Positions 8,020 to 17,778 of a stretch of DNA of 31,445 bases are shown here, piece after piece; the stretch's first letter is position 1, and every line of letters starts with the position of its first letter. The position numbers and the translations under genes are program-made. Source of the stretch: Candidatus Parvarchaeota archaeon (lineage in GTDB: Archaea; Nanobdellota; Nanobdellia; Parvarchaeales; Parvarchaeaceae); NCBI GenBank assembly GCA_023380435.1, contig JAMCRB010000001.1, forward strand, positions 1 through 31,445, given 5' to 3'. The notes beneath the pieces were generated by a model, which saw only the letters and a list, made by a program, of their open reading frames with translations, was not told where the DNA came from and did not search any database.

Positions 8020-10740
8020 ATGTCGACTTATAAACCGGGGGAATTTGAGGATAAGTGGGAGAAGGTTTACTCGGAAAAAAAGACGTTTGAACCGGGAGTA
8101 GACACCAAAAAAAAGAAATTTTTCATAACCGTGCCTGTGCCATACCCAGACGGTAGATTACACCTGGGCCATCTGTACACCTGGACCAGAGCGGACGTAT
8201 ACGCAAGGTTCATGAGGATGAAGGGTTTTAACGTACTTTGGCCGCAAAGCTGGCATTTTACTGGCGGGCCCATGATGGGAATGTCAATAAGACTGAAAAA
8301 CAAGGACCCAGTGGCGATATCGATAATGCAGAAAGCGGGAGTCAGCCCATCGGAGATGGAGAAGTTCACGGATCCGCTCGAGATGGGGCTTTACTTCTCT
8401 AAGACTTTCAAAAATGACATGCAAAAGGCTGGAATGTCCATCGACTGGCGCAGGGAGTTCATACTGTCTTATACGCCGCACTATTCAAAATTCGTGGAAT
8501 GGCAGCTTAGGAAGCTCAAGGATAAAGGACTTATAGTCCAGGGAAATCACCCTGTAGTCTGGTGTCCAAGAGAGGACACTCCATTAGGAGACCACGACAG
8601 GGCAGAAGGAGAAGGAGAAAGCCCTATGCTTTTTTCGATTATAAAATTCAAGCACGATGATATTGTCCTGCCAGTTGCAACGCTGAGACCGGAGACGGTT
8701 TTCGGTGCGACAAACCTCTGGGTAAACAAGCAGATAAGCTACAGGATAATCCAGATAAGAGGGGAAAAGTGGATTGTATCGCAGGAATTCGCAAAAAAAG
8801 CGGAATATCAATTCAAAGACATAAAAGATCAGGGGGAATTCGACATCGGCTCGCTTCTTGGAAAGAATGCAGTCAACCCGGTAAACGGAGAAGAACTGCC
8901 CATATTAAACGCAGACTTCGTGGACAAAGACGTAAACACCGGACTGGTTATGAGCGTGCCTATGCATGCACCTTTCGACTATTTTTACTGGGAAAAAATC
9001 AAAACGGAATCGCCTGAACTTTACAGAAAACCAAAAAAAGTGATAGACGTATCGGGGCACGAAAGCCTGATTGAGGAGGCTGTAAAAAAAGCCGGCGGTC
9101 AAGCGAATGGATTGAAGGAGGCGACCCGATTCGTCTACAAAAAGGAGACGAACGACGGCATCCTAAATTCAAATAGCGGCGAATTGTCCGGGCTAGCGGT
9201 AAAGCAGGGAAAAGAGAAAGCCATTGATATTTTAAAGGGCCTCTCAGCCTACGATTCTTTTTACGAAGTTTCTGGGAAAGTGGTGTGCAGATGCGGAAGC
9301 CGCGGACTTGTAAAACTTGTTGAGAACCAATGGTTCATAAGGTATTCAGACAAAGAACTGAAGGAGAAAGCCATAGCCTATATAGAAAAAATGAACATAT
9401 TTCCTCCGGAAGCGAAGGCCCAGGTTATAAATTCCATATATAATATGGAAGACAAAGCTATGGCCAGGAGAGGGGGCCAGGGAACGCCGCTGCCGTGGAA
9501 CAAAGACTGGATTGTGGAACCGCTAAGCGACTCTACAATATATATGGCATTCTATACCATTTCACACATCATAAAGGACATCGATGTAAAGGAAGTGAAT
9601 GACGAACTGTTTGACTATGTATTCTTCGGAGTCGATACGAAAAAGAAGCCGTCGAAAAAGATGGAGGACATGAGAAGAGAATTCGAATACTGGTATCCTG
9701 TGAATCTGCGGGTCACGGCCAAGGATCTTTTGACCAACCACTTAATATTCTTCATATTGAACCATGTGGCCCTGTTTCCTGAAGACAAATGGCCGAGAGG
9801 GCTCGGGGTAAACGGTTGGCTGATAATAAATGACATAAAGATGGCAAAATCCAAAGGCAACGCCCTTACGATATCAGAATCTGTAGAAGAGCACGGAGCA
9901 GATGCAGTCAGACTTATAGCTGCGGCATCAAACGGAATCGACGATGTAAAATGGAGTTTATCCGACATCTCGGCTGCAAAGCAGAGGTTTGAAGTCATGA
10001 TGGACGCTGTTGAAATACTAAATGACATAGACAATAAAAAGAGCGAAATCGATAGGTTCCTCATGTCCAGGATGAACTACATGATAAAAGCCGCGGAGGA
10101 AAACTACAGTGAGATGAAATTTAGAAACGCTGTATTTTCATCTTTCTTTGAGGGAATAGACAATCTGAAATTCTATCTTGATGCCGGAGGACGCGATGAA
10201 GAAACATTAAGAAAGTACATAAACGGCATGGTAAGGCTGATTCACCCGGTTTTTCCGTTCATAACAGAGGAGATAAATAAAAAACTCGGTGGAAAAAATC
10301 TACTTGAAGAATCCGGCTGGCCTGACGCGGGCAGCTACAAACAGGATGAAGTGATAGAAAACGAGGTTTCAGCTCTTAAATCAACGATGGAGGATATATC
10401 AAAATTGATAAAAATCACGGAGAAGAAGCCGTCTAAGATAGTGATTGGTATCGCAGGCAAAGAGCTGTTTGATGTGTATAATTCGGTTGTCGAGGCCGCG
10501 AAGAAAACCCAGAACCCGAAGGAAATCAGAGGGGTGCTGAAAACGAGCGGCGAGTTTGTGGAAAAACTACTAAAAAACCCTAACAGGATTCCAAAGAACG
10601 GGCTTGATAGAGAGACTGAGATAAAACTATTTGAAGAACTGAAAGGATATATCAAGAGACTTTTCGGGGCAGAAATCGAAATAAAAGAAAGCGATGACGA
10701 AAAAGCCGCTCCTGGAAGACCGAAAATAGATCTTTTATAG
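8020..10740 (+). CDS. leuS: leucyl-tRNA synthetase (archaeal type, CP1 editing domain present)
   Basis: PYPDGRLHLGH (HIGH), ATLRPETVFGATN and TGLVMSVPMHAPFD (editing), LSDSTIYMA, KDLLTNHL, KMAKS (KMSKS). Start re-called to ATG 8020. Confidence 0.97.
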   Translation: MSTYKPGEFEDKWEKVYSEKKTFEPGVDTKKKKFFITVPVPYPDGRLHLGHLYTWTRADVYARFMRMKGFNVLWPQSWHFTGGPMMGMSIRLKNKDPVAISIMQKAGVSPSEMEKFTDPLEMGLYFSKTFKNDMQKAGMSIDWRREFILSYTPHYSKFVEWQLRKLKDKGLIVQGNHPVVWCPREDTPLGDHDRAEGEGESPMLFSIIKFKHDDIVLPVATLRPETVFGATNLWVNKQISYRIIQIRGEKWIVSQEFAKKAEYQFKDIKDQGEFDIGSLLGKNAVNPVNGEELPILNADFVDKDVNTGLVMSVPMHAPFDYFYWEKIKTESPELYRKPKKVIDVSGHESLIEEAVKKAGGQANGLKEATRFVYKKETNDGILNSNSGELSGLAVKQGKEKAIDILKGLSAYDSFYEVSGKVVCRCGSRGLVKLVENQWFIRYSDKELKEKAIAYIEKMNIFPPEAKAQVINSIYNMEDKAMARRGGQGTPLPWNKDWIVEPLSDSTIYMAFYTISHIIKDIDVKEVNDELFDYVFFGVDTKKKPSKKMEDMRREFEYWYPVNLRVTAKDLLTNHLIFFILNHVALFPEDKWPRGLGVNGWLIINDIKMAKSKGNALTISESVEEHGADAVRLIAAASNGIDDVKWSLSDISAAKQRFEVMMDAVEILNDIDNKKSEIDRFLMSRMNYMIKAAEENYSEMKFRNAVFSSFFEGIDNLKFYLDAGGRDEETLRKYINGMVRLIHPVFPFITEEINKKLGGKNLLEESGWPDAGSYKQDEVIENEVSALKSTMEDISKLIKITEKKPSKIVIGIAGKELFDVYNSVVEAAKKTQNPKEIRGVLKTSGEFVEKLLKNPNRIPKNGLDRETEIKLFEELKGYIKRLFGAEIEIKESDDEKAAPGRPKIDLL

Positions 10741-10762
10741 ATCCAGTAAGCTATAAATTAGA

Positions 10763-11593
10763 ATGGAATCGCCAATAGACAGGGGCTTTGATGTCATAGG
10801 CAGCATAGCAATAATAAAAAAGAAGCCCGGAGAGGACCAGAAAAAACTAAGGAAGCTTGGAGAAGCGATAATAAATCAGAACAAGCACATATCATCCGTC
10901 TTCAACAAAGTAGGCGGTATAGAAGGAGAGGATCGGCTGATGAAACTGAAATGGGTGGCCGGAGATAAAAAAACGTTGACTCTCCACAAGGAGAATGGAT
11001 TCTCCTTTTACGTCGACGTGAAGAAAGTGTTCTTTACTCCGAGGATGGTAAGCGAAAGATTGAGGGTGATAAACCAGGTAAAGCCCAATGAGAACGTGCT
11101 CGACATGTTCTGCGGGGTTGGTCCTTTTGCGATACCTATAGCCAGAAGAACTTCCTCCGTATACGCTTTGGACATAAACAAAAACGCTATAAAGCTCCTG
11201 GAGAAAAATATCACTCTAAACAAGATAAAAAACATGGACTTTAAATGCGGTGACTCTAGGTTATTGGTCAAGAACCTGGACAAAAAATTCAGCAGGGTAA
11301 TAATGAATTATCCAAGCAATCCGCTCAAATTCCTTAAATCGGCGCTTTCAGCAGCTGATGAAAAATGTACACTCCACTATTATAAGTTCATAAACACACA
11401 CGATACATACGCTGTAAAAGAGGAGAAGAACAAGATTATAAACACCGCCGGTAAAAATTTCAGGATAATGAAAATAAAAACTTACAAAGCGGGGGAAACT
11501 GCGCCTTTTGTAACCAGAATGTGCTTTGACATAACTGCAAAAAAGGTCAGTAATTGGAGTAGTAAGCGTCCCAGTCCGGCGCGTTATAGCTGA
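10763..11593 (+). CDS. trm5: Trm5/Met10-family tRNA (G37-N1) methyltransferase, lacking the N-terminal D1 domain
   Basis: FDVIGSIAII, HKENGFSFYVDVKKVFFTPRMVSER, VLDMFCGVGPFAI, RVIMNYP. Confidence 0.8.
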   Translation: MESPIDRGFDVIGSIAIIKKKPGEDQKKLRKLGEAIINQNKHISSVFNKVGGIEGEDRLMKLKWVAGDKKTLTLHKENGFSFYVDVKKVFFTPRMVSERLRVINQVKPNENVLDMFCGVGPFAIPIARRTSSVYALDINKNAIKLLEKNITLNKIKNMDFKCGDSRLLVKNLDKKFSRVIMNYPSNPLKFLKSALSAADEKCTLHYYKFINTHDTYAVKEEKNKIINTAGKNFRIMKIKTYKAGETAPFVTRMCFDITAKKVSNWSSKRPSPARYS

Positions 11594-12530
11594 GGTTTAT
11601 CGGGTTCTTTCTATTAAGGCCCAGGGAGCCCTGACCGAAAAGCGCTGATACGTACCTCATAAGGCCCCAGTTCTGCTTTTTTATCTTTCTTAGTATTATG
11701 TCTGAATTTGAGAGGACAAGCAGAAAATCGAAAAGGTCGCCTTTGGAAAAAGCTCCGCTTGCTTTGTCTGCAAGCCATATCTCCATGTTCTTTGCCTCTG
11801 CGTCCGAAGGAAAATACAGGGAGCTTAGATCTGCCGTTCCGGAAAACACTGCTTTTATCGTCTCGAAGATGGAGTCTTCCGCGGTCCTTGGAGCTGGCCT
11901 GGCATTCTCCCCTGCTATGCTCATTGTCTCCAGATCGGTCATTATGCTGCCCAGGTTACCTTTTGAGTTTTTGGCTATTGAATCTGCGATTTGCATCGAA
12001 ATCGAAAGCCTGTTTAGACTGATGAGCCTTGTCAAATAAAGCTTTGCTATCCTCTCATTGAGCCTGTAAAACCTTATTATCGAATATGCTGAAAGATACT
12101 TCTTGTTTTTTGCTCTGAATATGTCCCCGCTGTTTGATTCGAATATTATTATGGCTTCCTGAATCGAGCTTAGCCTCAGCAGTATAGACGGCTCTACAGA
12201 CAGCACTTTTTCCAGGTCTTCGACGTAGATTATCTTCTTGCCGCCCCCGAAAAGCGAGTTTGAAGAGGCCATATTCATTATTGTAGAATAAATCGAATTT
12301 GACAGGTTTCCGCTCTGATCCGGGTCGAGCGTGTACAGATTGAGTTTTTTCAGCTCCATATTGAATTCTTTTGCTGCGGATTCGGCAAGAAAATCCTTTC
12401 CGCAGCCGGACGGGCCGTTAAAGACAAAAAGTTTTTTTCCGGAGTTGATTTCTGAAACGAATTTATTCTTTATAGACCCGGAATAATTCTCCAGGAACGC
12501 TTTGAAGCTTGGTTCTATGTTTTTTAGCAT
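11547..12530 (-). CDS. rfcL: replication factor C large subunit, short and degenerate
   Basis: Directly downstream of rfcS; GPSGCGKD Walker-A-like motif; GNLGSIMTDLE; LSNSDIILRKIKKQNWGLMRY matches the RFC-L C-terminal pattern. Confidence 0.75.
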   Translation of the reverse strand: MLKNIEPSFKAFLENYSGSIKNKFVSEINSGKKLFVFNGPSGCGKDFLAESAAKEFNMELKKLNLYTLDPDQSGNLSNSIYSTIMNMASSNSLFGGGKKIIYVEDLEKVLSVEPSILLRLSSIQEAIIIFESNSGDIFRAKNKKYLSAYSIIRFYRLNERIAKLYLTRLISLNRLSISMQIADSIAKNSKGNLGSIMTDLETMSIAGENARPAPRTAEDSIFETIKAVFSGTADLSSLYFPSDAEAKNMEIWLADKASGAFSKGDLFDFLLVLSNSDIILRKIKKQNWGLMRYVSALFGQGSLGLNRKNPINLSYNAPDWDAYYSNY

Positions 12531-12531
12531 A

Positions 12532-13485
12532 TTAAGACTTCAATGTAGAAAGGAAGGCAAGGAAGGCCTGGAATTGAATGAATGGAGTCGCACCTTCTAT
12601 TATCCGATATTCTGTCTCGGCCAGTCTTTCTATAACGTAGCTTTTTGATTTCTTATCTATCAGGCCATCAGATGAGGTTACTATCTCAAAGGTTTTTATT
12701 ATCAATTCCTTTATGTTCACTCCAGAATCTAGTAGCTCTGTAAATATGGCCTTGGCTGAGTCGTAGTTGCCAGTCAAAGCGACTTCTACCCCCTGTTTGA
12801 TCTTCATTATGTCTATCAATCCGTTATTTTTGTAGACCATCTCCGAGTCTATTTCCTTTGAAACGTTCGACAGAGATTGCAGAACGTTCGTTAGCGCCCT
12901 TAAATCCCCCTTTGATACGTAAATTAAAGCTTCTATTGCCTTGTCATCTATCTTTAGGTCTTCCTTGTCGGCTATCATCTTCACGAATTTTTTTACGTCT
13001 TCGCTTGTCAGCGGCTTGAAGCGAATGATGGCACACCTGGACTGTATCGGCTCTATTATATTGTTCTGGTAATTTACACTGAAAAGAAATCTGCACGTGC
13101 CACTGTACTCCTCCATCATCCTTCTGAGGGCCTGCTGCGCCTCCTGGGTCAGAGAATCTGCTTCATCGAAAAGAATCAGTTTGAACGGGGCGTCTATCGG
13201 TTTTGTCCTTGCAAACTCCTTGACTTTGCCCTGTATTACGCTTAGTTTGCGGTCATCGGAAGCGTTAAGTTCTATGAAGTTCTGGTTCCACTCGTTCTTA
13301 AAAACCGCTTTTGCCAGTACTATTGCAGAAGTTGTTTTGCCCACGCCAGGCGGCCCTGATAGTATCATGTGCTGTATGTCGCCTTTCTCGACCATCGCCT
13401 TCAGTTTGTCTATGCTCTCCTGCTGGCCTATTATCTCATCAAATTTTGAAGGCCTGTACTTTTCTATCCAGAGGACCATAATCAA
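12532..13485 (-). CDS. rfcS: replication factor C small subunit
   Basis: LWIEKYRP, GPPGVGKT, ELNASDDR, LILFDEAD, AQQALRR, PIQSRC. Confidence 0.98.
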   Translation of the reverse strand: MIMVLWIEKYRPSKFDEIIGQQESIDKLKAMVEKGDIQHMILSGPPGVGKTTSAIVLAKAVFKNEWNQNFIELNASDDRKLSVIQGKVKEFARTKPIDAPFKLILFDEADSLTQEAQQALRRMMEEYSGTCRFLFSVNYQNNIIEPIQSRCAIIRFKPLTSEDVKKFVKMIADKEDLKIDDKAIEALIYVSKGDLRALTNVLQSLSNVSKEIDSEMVYKNNGLIDIMKIKQGVEVALTGNYDSAKAIFTELLDSGVNIKELIIKTFEIVTSSDGLIDKKSKSYVIERLAETEYRIIEGATPFIQFQAFLAFLSTLKS

Positions 13486-14198
13486 ACATCCTGGAAAAGC
13501 TCTGCAGTCGGGTAGACTACTATGCCTTTCGGTGTAATATCAAGAGGCATGAACTTGGTTACATGATTTGTGTTGCGCATTTTAACTATCCTTATCGCAC
13601 GTGTAAATGTGCCCTGCTTCTCCAATAGATAGAGGGCGATTACCCCGTCGGTGGCGAATTCTTCGACCCCGAATGTGGAAAGCTTGTTCTCTCCAGATGG
13701 TATCTCGCCTATCAGTATCCCGATGGAATGCCTGGATTTAAGCATCAGTGAGACCTCCATTATCGCACGCCTTATGGATATAATGTCTGGAAAGAACATC
13801 TGAAAATAATTTATGGAGTCTATGACTATCCTTTTTGCATCCATCGCTTCCGATTCGGACAATACTGTTTCCTTGAGTGATTCATAATCGACTATCGGGA
13901 CCTCAACGACTTTAAGCATGTTTGAAGCTATCAATTCCCTTATGGAAGGGTCAAAGATCTCAAACTGTTCGATTATATCTTCAGGAGATTCCTCTAAAGT
14001 AAAGTATATCCCTTTCTCCCCATGTTTTGCGCCGTAAACCAAAAACTGCATCGAAAGAGTGGTCTTGCCTGATCCAGAAGTCCCAGTTACCAAGGTCACT
14101 ACTCCGGGAGGCAATCCGCCCTGAAGCGCCTCATCTAGGCCTTGTATACCGGTTGGTTCTCTTTTAATTGACGTGCTTGGTTTTTCCTGTCCTTCCAT
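13482..14198 (-). CDS. KaiC/RAD55-like single-domain RecA-superfamily ATPase
   Basis: PTGIQGLDEALQGGLP, GTSGSGKT, YFTLEES, RIVIDSI, VEEFATDGVI, RAIRIVKMR. Confidence 0.93.
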   Translation of the reverse strand: MEGQEKPSTSIKREPTGIQGLDEALQGGLPPGVVTLVTGTSGSGKTTLSMQFLVYGAKHGEKGIYFTLEESPEDIIEQFEIFDPSIRELIASNMLKVVEVPIVDYESLKETVLSESEAMDAKRIVIDSINYFQMFFPDIISIRRAIMEVSLMLKSRHSIGILIGEIPSGENKLSTFGVEEFATDGVIALYLLEKQGTFTRAIRIVKMRNTNHVTKFMPLDITPKGIVVYPTAELFQDV

Positions 14199-15232
14199 TA
14201 TGCCTCAAGTTTCGCGTCTCCTACAATCTCATATTTTATCTTCATAAGCATGTTCTGCTGCAGTATTTTAGCCCATTTTTCAACGTATTCCCTTGGTACC
14301 TTCATCTCCGATGCTGCCTCCGATATCGTGATGTTTTTTCTGCTTTTCACAAGATTAAGAAGAGTCGAAACCGGATTGGATGAGAGATTTATTTGCGGAG
14401 ATTGAGGCGGCTGTACTGGAGTTTCATTTTCCTTTACGTCTGATGAAAGAACCGGGCTTTTTATCTGGCCTAGACCAGACGGTTTAACTTCCTTTCGTAT
14501 CGGAGCTGCGGCCTGCTCAAATCTGTTTAGTGTTTCTTCTTTCAACGTGAATTGACCGACCTTTAATGCGCTTTCTGGGAACGCTTTTACTTTGATGCCG
14601 GTTTCTGACGCAGATGAAGCTGACTGGAGTTTATCGTTGCTTATCCCGGGGGCAGCATTAAGAGTATGGGGCGGGACCATTTTCGGAGCACTGGTTGCAG
14701 GTTTGAGTGGCTGGGCAGCTTCTGTCTTGAATGCTGGCGGGATTTTGTTGACCGGACTATCTGGAAGTGCAGGAGTTTTAAGGCTCTGTAGTATATCCTT
14801 ATTTCGATTATTTACAGTCGGCATATTTTTAGGAGCGTTGAAAGCCCGAACCCCCTCAGACGTGTATCTTGGCTGCTGCTTTTCGCCTAGTGTTTCCTTG
14901 ATCGGGGTATTCAAGGCCGGGCCAAGGGGGATGCGCTTGATCTGTTTGTTTTCGGATAAGTTTTCTTTTTTAACCTCCGTCGTCTTCGGATGTTTTCCGA
15001 AAGAGAAAAAACCCCTGTGTTTTGTGCCTGATTCCGATATTATTTGACCGGCGTTCTCTTGCACAGCCCCGGTGCCGTTTATAGAGAGGTCTATGCCAGT
15101 AGTAGCTTCAAATTCTATCCCGTATATGGAGCCTGCCCTCTTTATCGAATTGTTTATAGAAGAAACATCAGAATAGACGCTGTAAGACGCCTTAAGTATC
15201 TGCTCAGCTATGGATTTTACATCTGTACTCAT
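14198..15232 (-). CDS. hypothetical protein: Pro/Ser/Ala/Lys-rich disordered region plus C-terminal winged-helix
   Basis: The C-terminus LLNLVKSRKNITISEAASEMKVPREYVEKWAKILQQNMLMKIKY is HTH-like; the stop overlaps the KaiC start. Confidence 0.75.
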   Translation of the reverse strand: MSTDVKSIAEQILKASYSVYSDVSSINNSIKRAGSIYGIEFEATTGIDLSINGTGAVQENAGQIISESGTKHRGFFSFGKHPKTTEVKKENLSENKQIKRIPLGPALNTPIKETLGEKQQPRYTSEGVRAFNAPKNMPTVNNRNKDILQSLKTPALPDSPVNKIPPAFKTEAAQPLKPATSAPKMVPPHTLNAAPGISNDKLQSASSASETGIKVKAFPESALKVGQFTLKEETLNRFEQAAAPIRKEVKPSGLGQIKSPVLSSDVKENETPVQPPQSPQINLSSNPVSTLLNLVKSRKNITISEAASEMKVPREYVEKWAKILQQNMLMKIKYEIVGDAKLEA

Positions 15233-15305
15233 AGTGTATTATAAACAAGCGGTTTTTAAATACTATGCTGTTAAAAATCCGACTTGAATTTCTGATTTTG
15301 GCTGG

Positions 15306-16619
15306 TTAAGTCGCAGTGGAATTAAGGCTTACCCTTGCTCCATTTTCGCCCTGTACGACTATTTTGTATGTGTCTCCAACTATAGGTGAGATAATGACCC
15401 TTCCGAAACCGAGAGATACCTTGCCGGTGAAAGTAAACGTTGCTGATGAGAACGGTTTTATTGTATACCCCAAAGGAGCGAAGCAATTCCTCACTATTGA
15501 GGTTAAATCGGATTCGGAATTATTGAATATTGTGTGATTGCTGGGTATGACCTTACAGCTAGGACTGACAGCAGTTGCGCTGATGCCTAAACCCACTGTA
15601 TCCTCAAAAGGAAGGACTAAACTCCCAGTGCTTGATACAAAAAAGTTTATTGCACGCATGCTCTGTACTTCGGCCTCCTGCCTATCGGTTGCTTCTACTT
15701 CAGTCTCGCCTGCCGTACCCTGATTTTTGACGCTGCCGTTGCCTGCAGACAAATCAGAAGGAAAAGACCTGTTTATCGATGAATTGATATTTGAGATGTT
15801 TATAGGCACGTGATCCTCTATGTCCTGCATCGTCTTATTTATGAAGTTTACCGCGCTAATGCTTGCGGTTACATTTTCAGGACCGTATAAAAGTATGTGC
15901 TGTAGAACTACGCTTTCATTAGAATTGTCGGTAATCGTTATAGAGAAGCTTGTCGTTCCATTTGTCTCTGATAAAGAAACTCCCGATGCGGTTAGGTTCG
16001 GCCTTGTGCTTTCAATTTCTGACTTTTGGCTTGTTGATATGCCTTCTCTAGCTCCAATGCTGACTTTGTGGAAGCCTGGGATTACAACAGCTCTTGCCGA
16101 TGGGACGAGGATGAAAATTGTGGAATTTGCCGTCAGTATGGGTATAACAGTAGGTGAAAAGTCGGCCAACAGGTTTACAGTACCGTTTACTTTCGACTGA
16201 GACGGAGGTACGTTTATTATCACCTGATTGCTAGGTACAGTTACAGGATATACCGTGCCGTTTAATTCGATGGAAGAGGATGATATGTTGAATTTCAGCA
16301 TGTTTATGATTGTACCGTTAGGCGCTGCAAATGAGCCGAGGATTTGCGAAACATTTGTTAAAGTCAGCAAATCCAGACTGCCGGAAGCGTTTAGATCTAT
16401 CCATGAGCTGGATGAATTAACTTTGATTACGTGAACATACAATGAATTGTAGCTTATGTTAAGGCTGGTCGTTCCTGATGGGACATTTGCAGGGTCTGTC
16501 AATGAAACGAAGACGTTTGAAACTGGTTTACTAACCGCTGGAGAAACAAAGTAAGAGATAGCGAAAAGTATCACCGCCAATACGATTATCCCCAAGTAAA
16601 ACGACTTTTTCATGTTCAT
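15306..16619 (-). CDS. DUF4382-domain secreted/membrane-anchored protein
   Basis: N-terminal TM segment; VFVSLTDPANVPSGTTSLNISY, LDLLTL, VTVPSNQVII, LLADFSP typical of DUF4382; many NxS/T sequons. Confidence 0.8.
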   Translation of the reverse strand: MNMKKSFYLGIIVLAVILFAISYFVSPAVSKPVSNVFVSLTDPANVPSGTTSLNISYNSLYVHVIKVNSSSSWIDLNASGSLDLLTLTNVSQILGSFAAPNGTIINMLKFNISSSSIELNGTVYPVTVPSNQVIINVPPSQSKVNGTVNLLADFSPTVIPILTANSTIFILVPSARAVVIPGFHKVSIGAREGISTSQKSEIESTRPNLTASGVSLSETNGTTSFSITITDNSNESVVLQHILLYGPENVTASISAVNFINKTMQDIEDHVPINISNINSSINRSFPSDLSAGNGSVKNQGTAGETEVEATDRQEAEVQSMRAINFFVSSTGSLVLPFEDTVGLGISATAVSPSCKVIPSNHTIFNNSESDLTSIVRNCFAPLGYTIKPFSSATFTFTGKVSLGFGRVIISPIVGDTYKIVVQGENGARVSLNSTAT

Positions 16620-16656
16620 TATATCTTTTTTTTGCTTAAATACTTTAAAAAAGAGA

Positions 16657-16937
16657 ATGCGGTGTTGTATAGCCCGTTTTTTGTGATGCTTCCGCCTTTA
16701 GAAGGCTTCACAATCGCATCTTGCAACATTCGACTAAGCGCCGGAATACCGGTTTGCACGCCGCAGGTTTGCCGTTTCATCCCCTATTCCGCCTGTCTGT
16801 TTAACTTCATACATTGACGGGGTTGGGGTTCGTTTCTGATCAAGAGCCTACACTTTTAATGTACTGCATTACTGCAGTGCGGTTTTTGCCGTGAACGGAC
16901 TTCCTCCTTTTGTGGTGTGTTGCATGCAACACCGCAT
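16657..16937 (-). ncRNA. rnpB: RNase P RNA
   Basis: On the minus strand: P1 AUGCGGUGUUG/CAACACCGCAU, CR-I GAGGAAGUCCGUU pairing with CR-V AAAAAACGGGCUAUA (P4), CR-II AGAAAC, CR-III GAUGAAACGGC, GUGCAA, GCUUAGUCGAAUG, P2 UGCAAC/GUUGCA. Confidence 0.95.
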
Positions 16938-16957
16938 ATTAAAGTTGTATCCATAGG

Positions 16958-16966
16958 CTTTAATAC
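16958..16966. promoter_or_regulatory. candidate shared TATA box for divergent rnpB and SWIM gene
   Basis: CTTTAATA is centred in the 50-nt gap between 16937 and 16988. Confidence 0.5.
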
Positions 16967-16987
16967 TTTATTGGACGATTATATAAA

Positions 16988-17275
16988 ATGAAAATAGAGC
17001 TTATCAGTGATGATATCTTGAAAAAAGAATCGAATATTTACATTAAAGGCATAAAGCTTGTCAATAAAGTCAGGCTTGACTATGCTACAGATAAACATTC
17101 TTCGTTTCTAGTAGACCATGATGGCAAGATACATAATGTAATGTACTTCAGTGAGAAGAATGATATGAAAAGATGGCAGTGTGACTGCAAATGGTACACG
17201 CTACATGATAAGATATGCTCGCATATAATAGCCGTAAACCTGGCGCTAAGAGACAAGAAGATTGTGGGAGTATAG
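16988..17275 (+). CDS. SWIM zinc-finger protein
   Basis: WQCDCKWYTLHDKICSHIIAV matches CxC-x9-CxH. Confidence 0.85.
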   Translation: MKIELISDDILKKESNIYIKGIKLVNKVRLDYATDKHSSFLVDHDGKIHNVMYFSEKNDMKRWQCDCKWYTLHDKICSHIIAVNLALRDKKIVGV

Positions 17276-17278
17276 GTT

Positions 17279-17731
17279 ATGCTACAGTCTGTACTTTCAA
17301 AAGACCATGCAAGGATTGACAGGCAGCTTATGGATTTCCTCTCTTCGCTCAGTGAAAAGCCTGATGCAAAGATGCTTACTGACGCATTCAGTGCGATAAA
17401 AAACCATATGTTCTGGGAGGAGGAGTTCCTGTTTCCTGCAGTAGAAAAAGGGAACGAAGTTATGATTAAAGGGCTTCAGGCCGAGCACGGAGCGATATGG
17501 AAACTGTTTGATTCCATAAACTCTGATTTGAACAAAAAAGACATAAAAGAGGCAAAAAATCGGACGGAAGCGCTGCTCAGAGTAATAAAGGGCCACAACA
17601 GCTCCGAAGAAAACTACATTTATAGAGAGATGGACAAGTTAAACCAGGACCAACAAGCAGAGCTCCTGCTCAAGGAAGTTGAGAGCTCCTCTTCGCCTAA
17701 GGAATGGATCTGTAAAGTCTTAAGAAGATAA
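17279..17731 (+). CDS. hemerythrin / HHE cation-binding domain protein
   Basis: DHARID, NHMFWEEEFLFP, EHGAIW, HNSSEENYIY. Confidence 0.9.
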   Translation: MLQSVLSKDHARIDRQLMDFLSSLSEKPDAKMLTDAFSAIKNHMFWEEEFLFPAVEKGNEVMIKGLQAEHGAIWKLFDSINSDLNKKDIKEAKNRTEALLRVIKGHNSSEENYIYREMDKLNQDQQAELLLKEVESSSSPKEWICKVLRR

Positions 17732-17778
17732 TTTAGCGATTAAATCTGCGTAACAAAAAGATTTTCTCTAAAATAGCC

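Noticed and set aside
9835-9855. KMAKS instead of KMSKS in LeuRS
   Set aside because: A single conservative change with both lysines kept; within normal class I variation.
11547-11593. 47-nt convergent overlap of trm5 and rfcL
   Set aside because: Tail-to-tail overlaps are ordinary in compact genomes.
16632-16817. 61-aa ORF
   Set aside because: It overlaps the RNase P RNA antisense and has no protein features.
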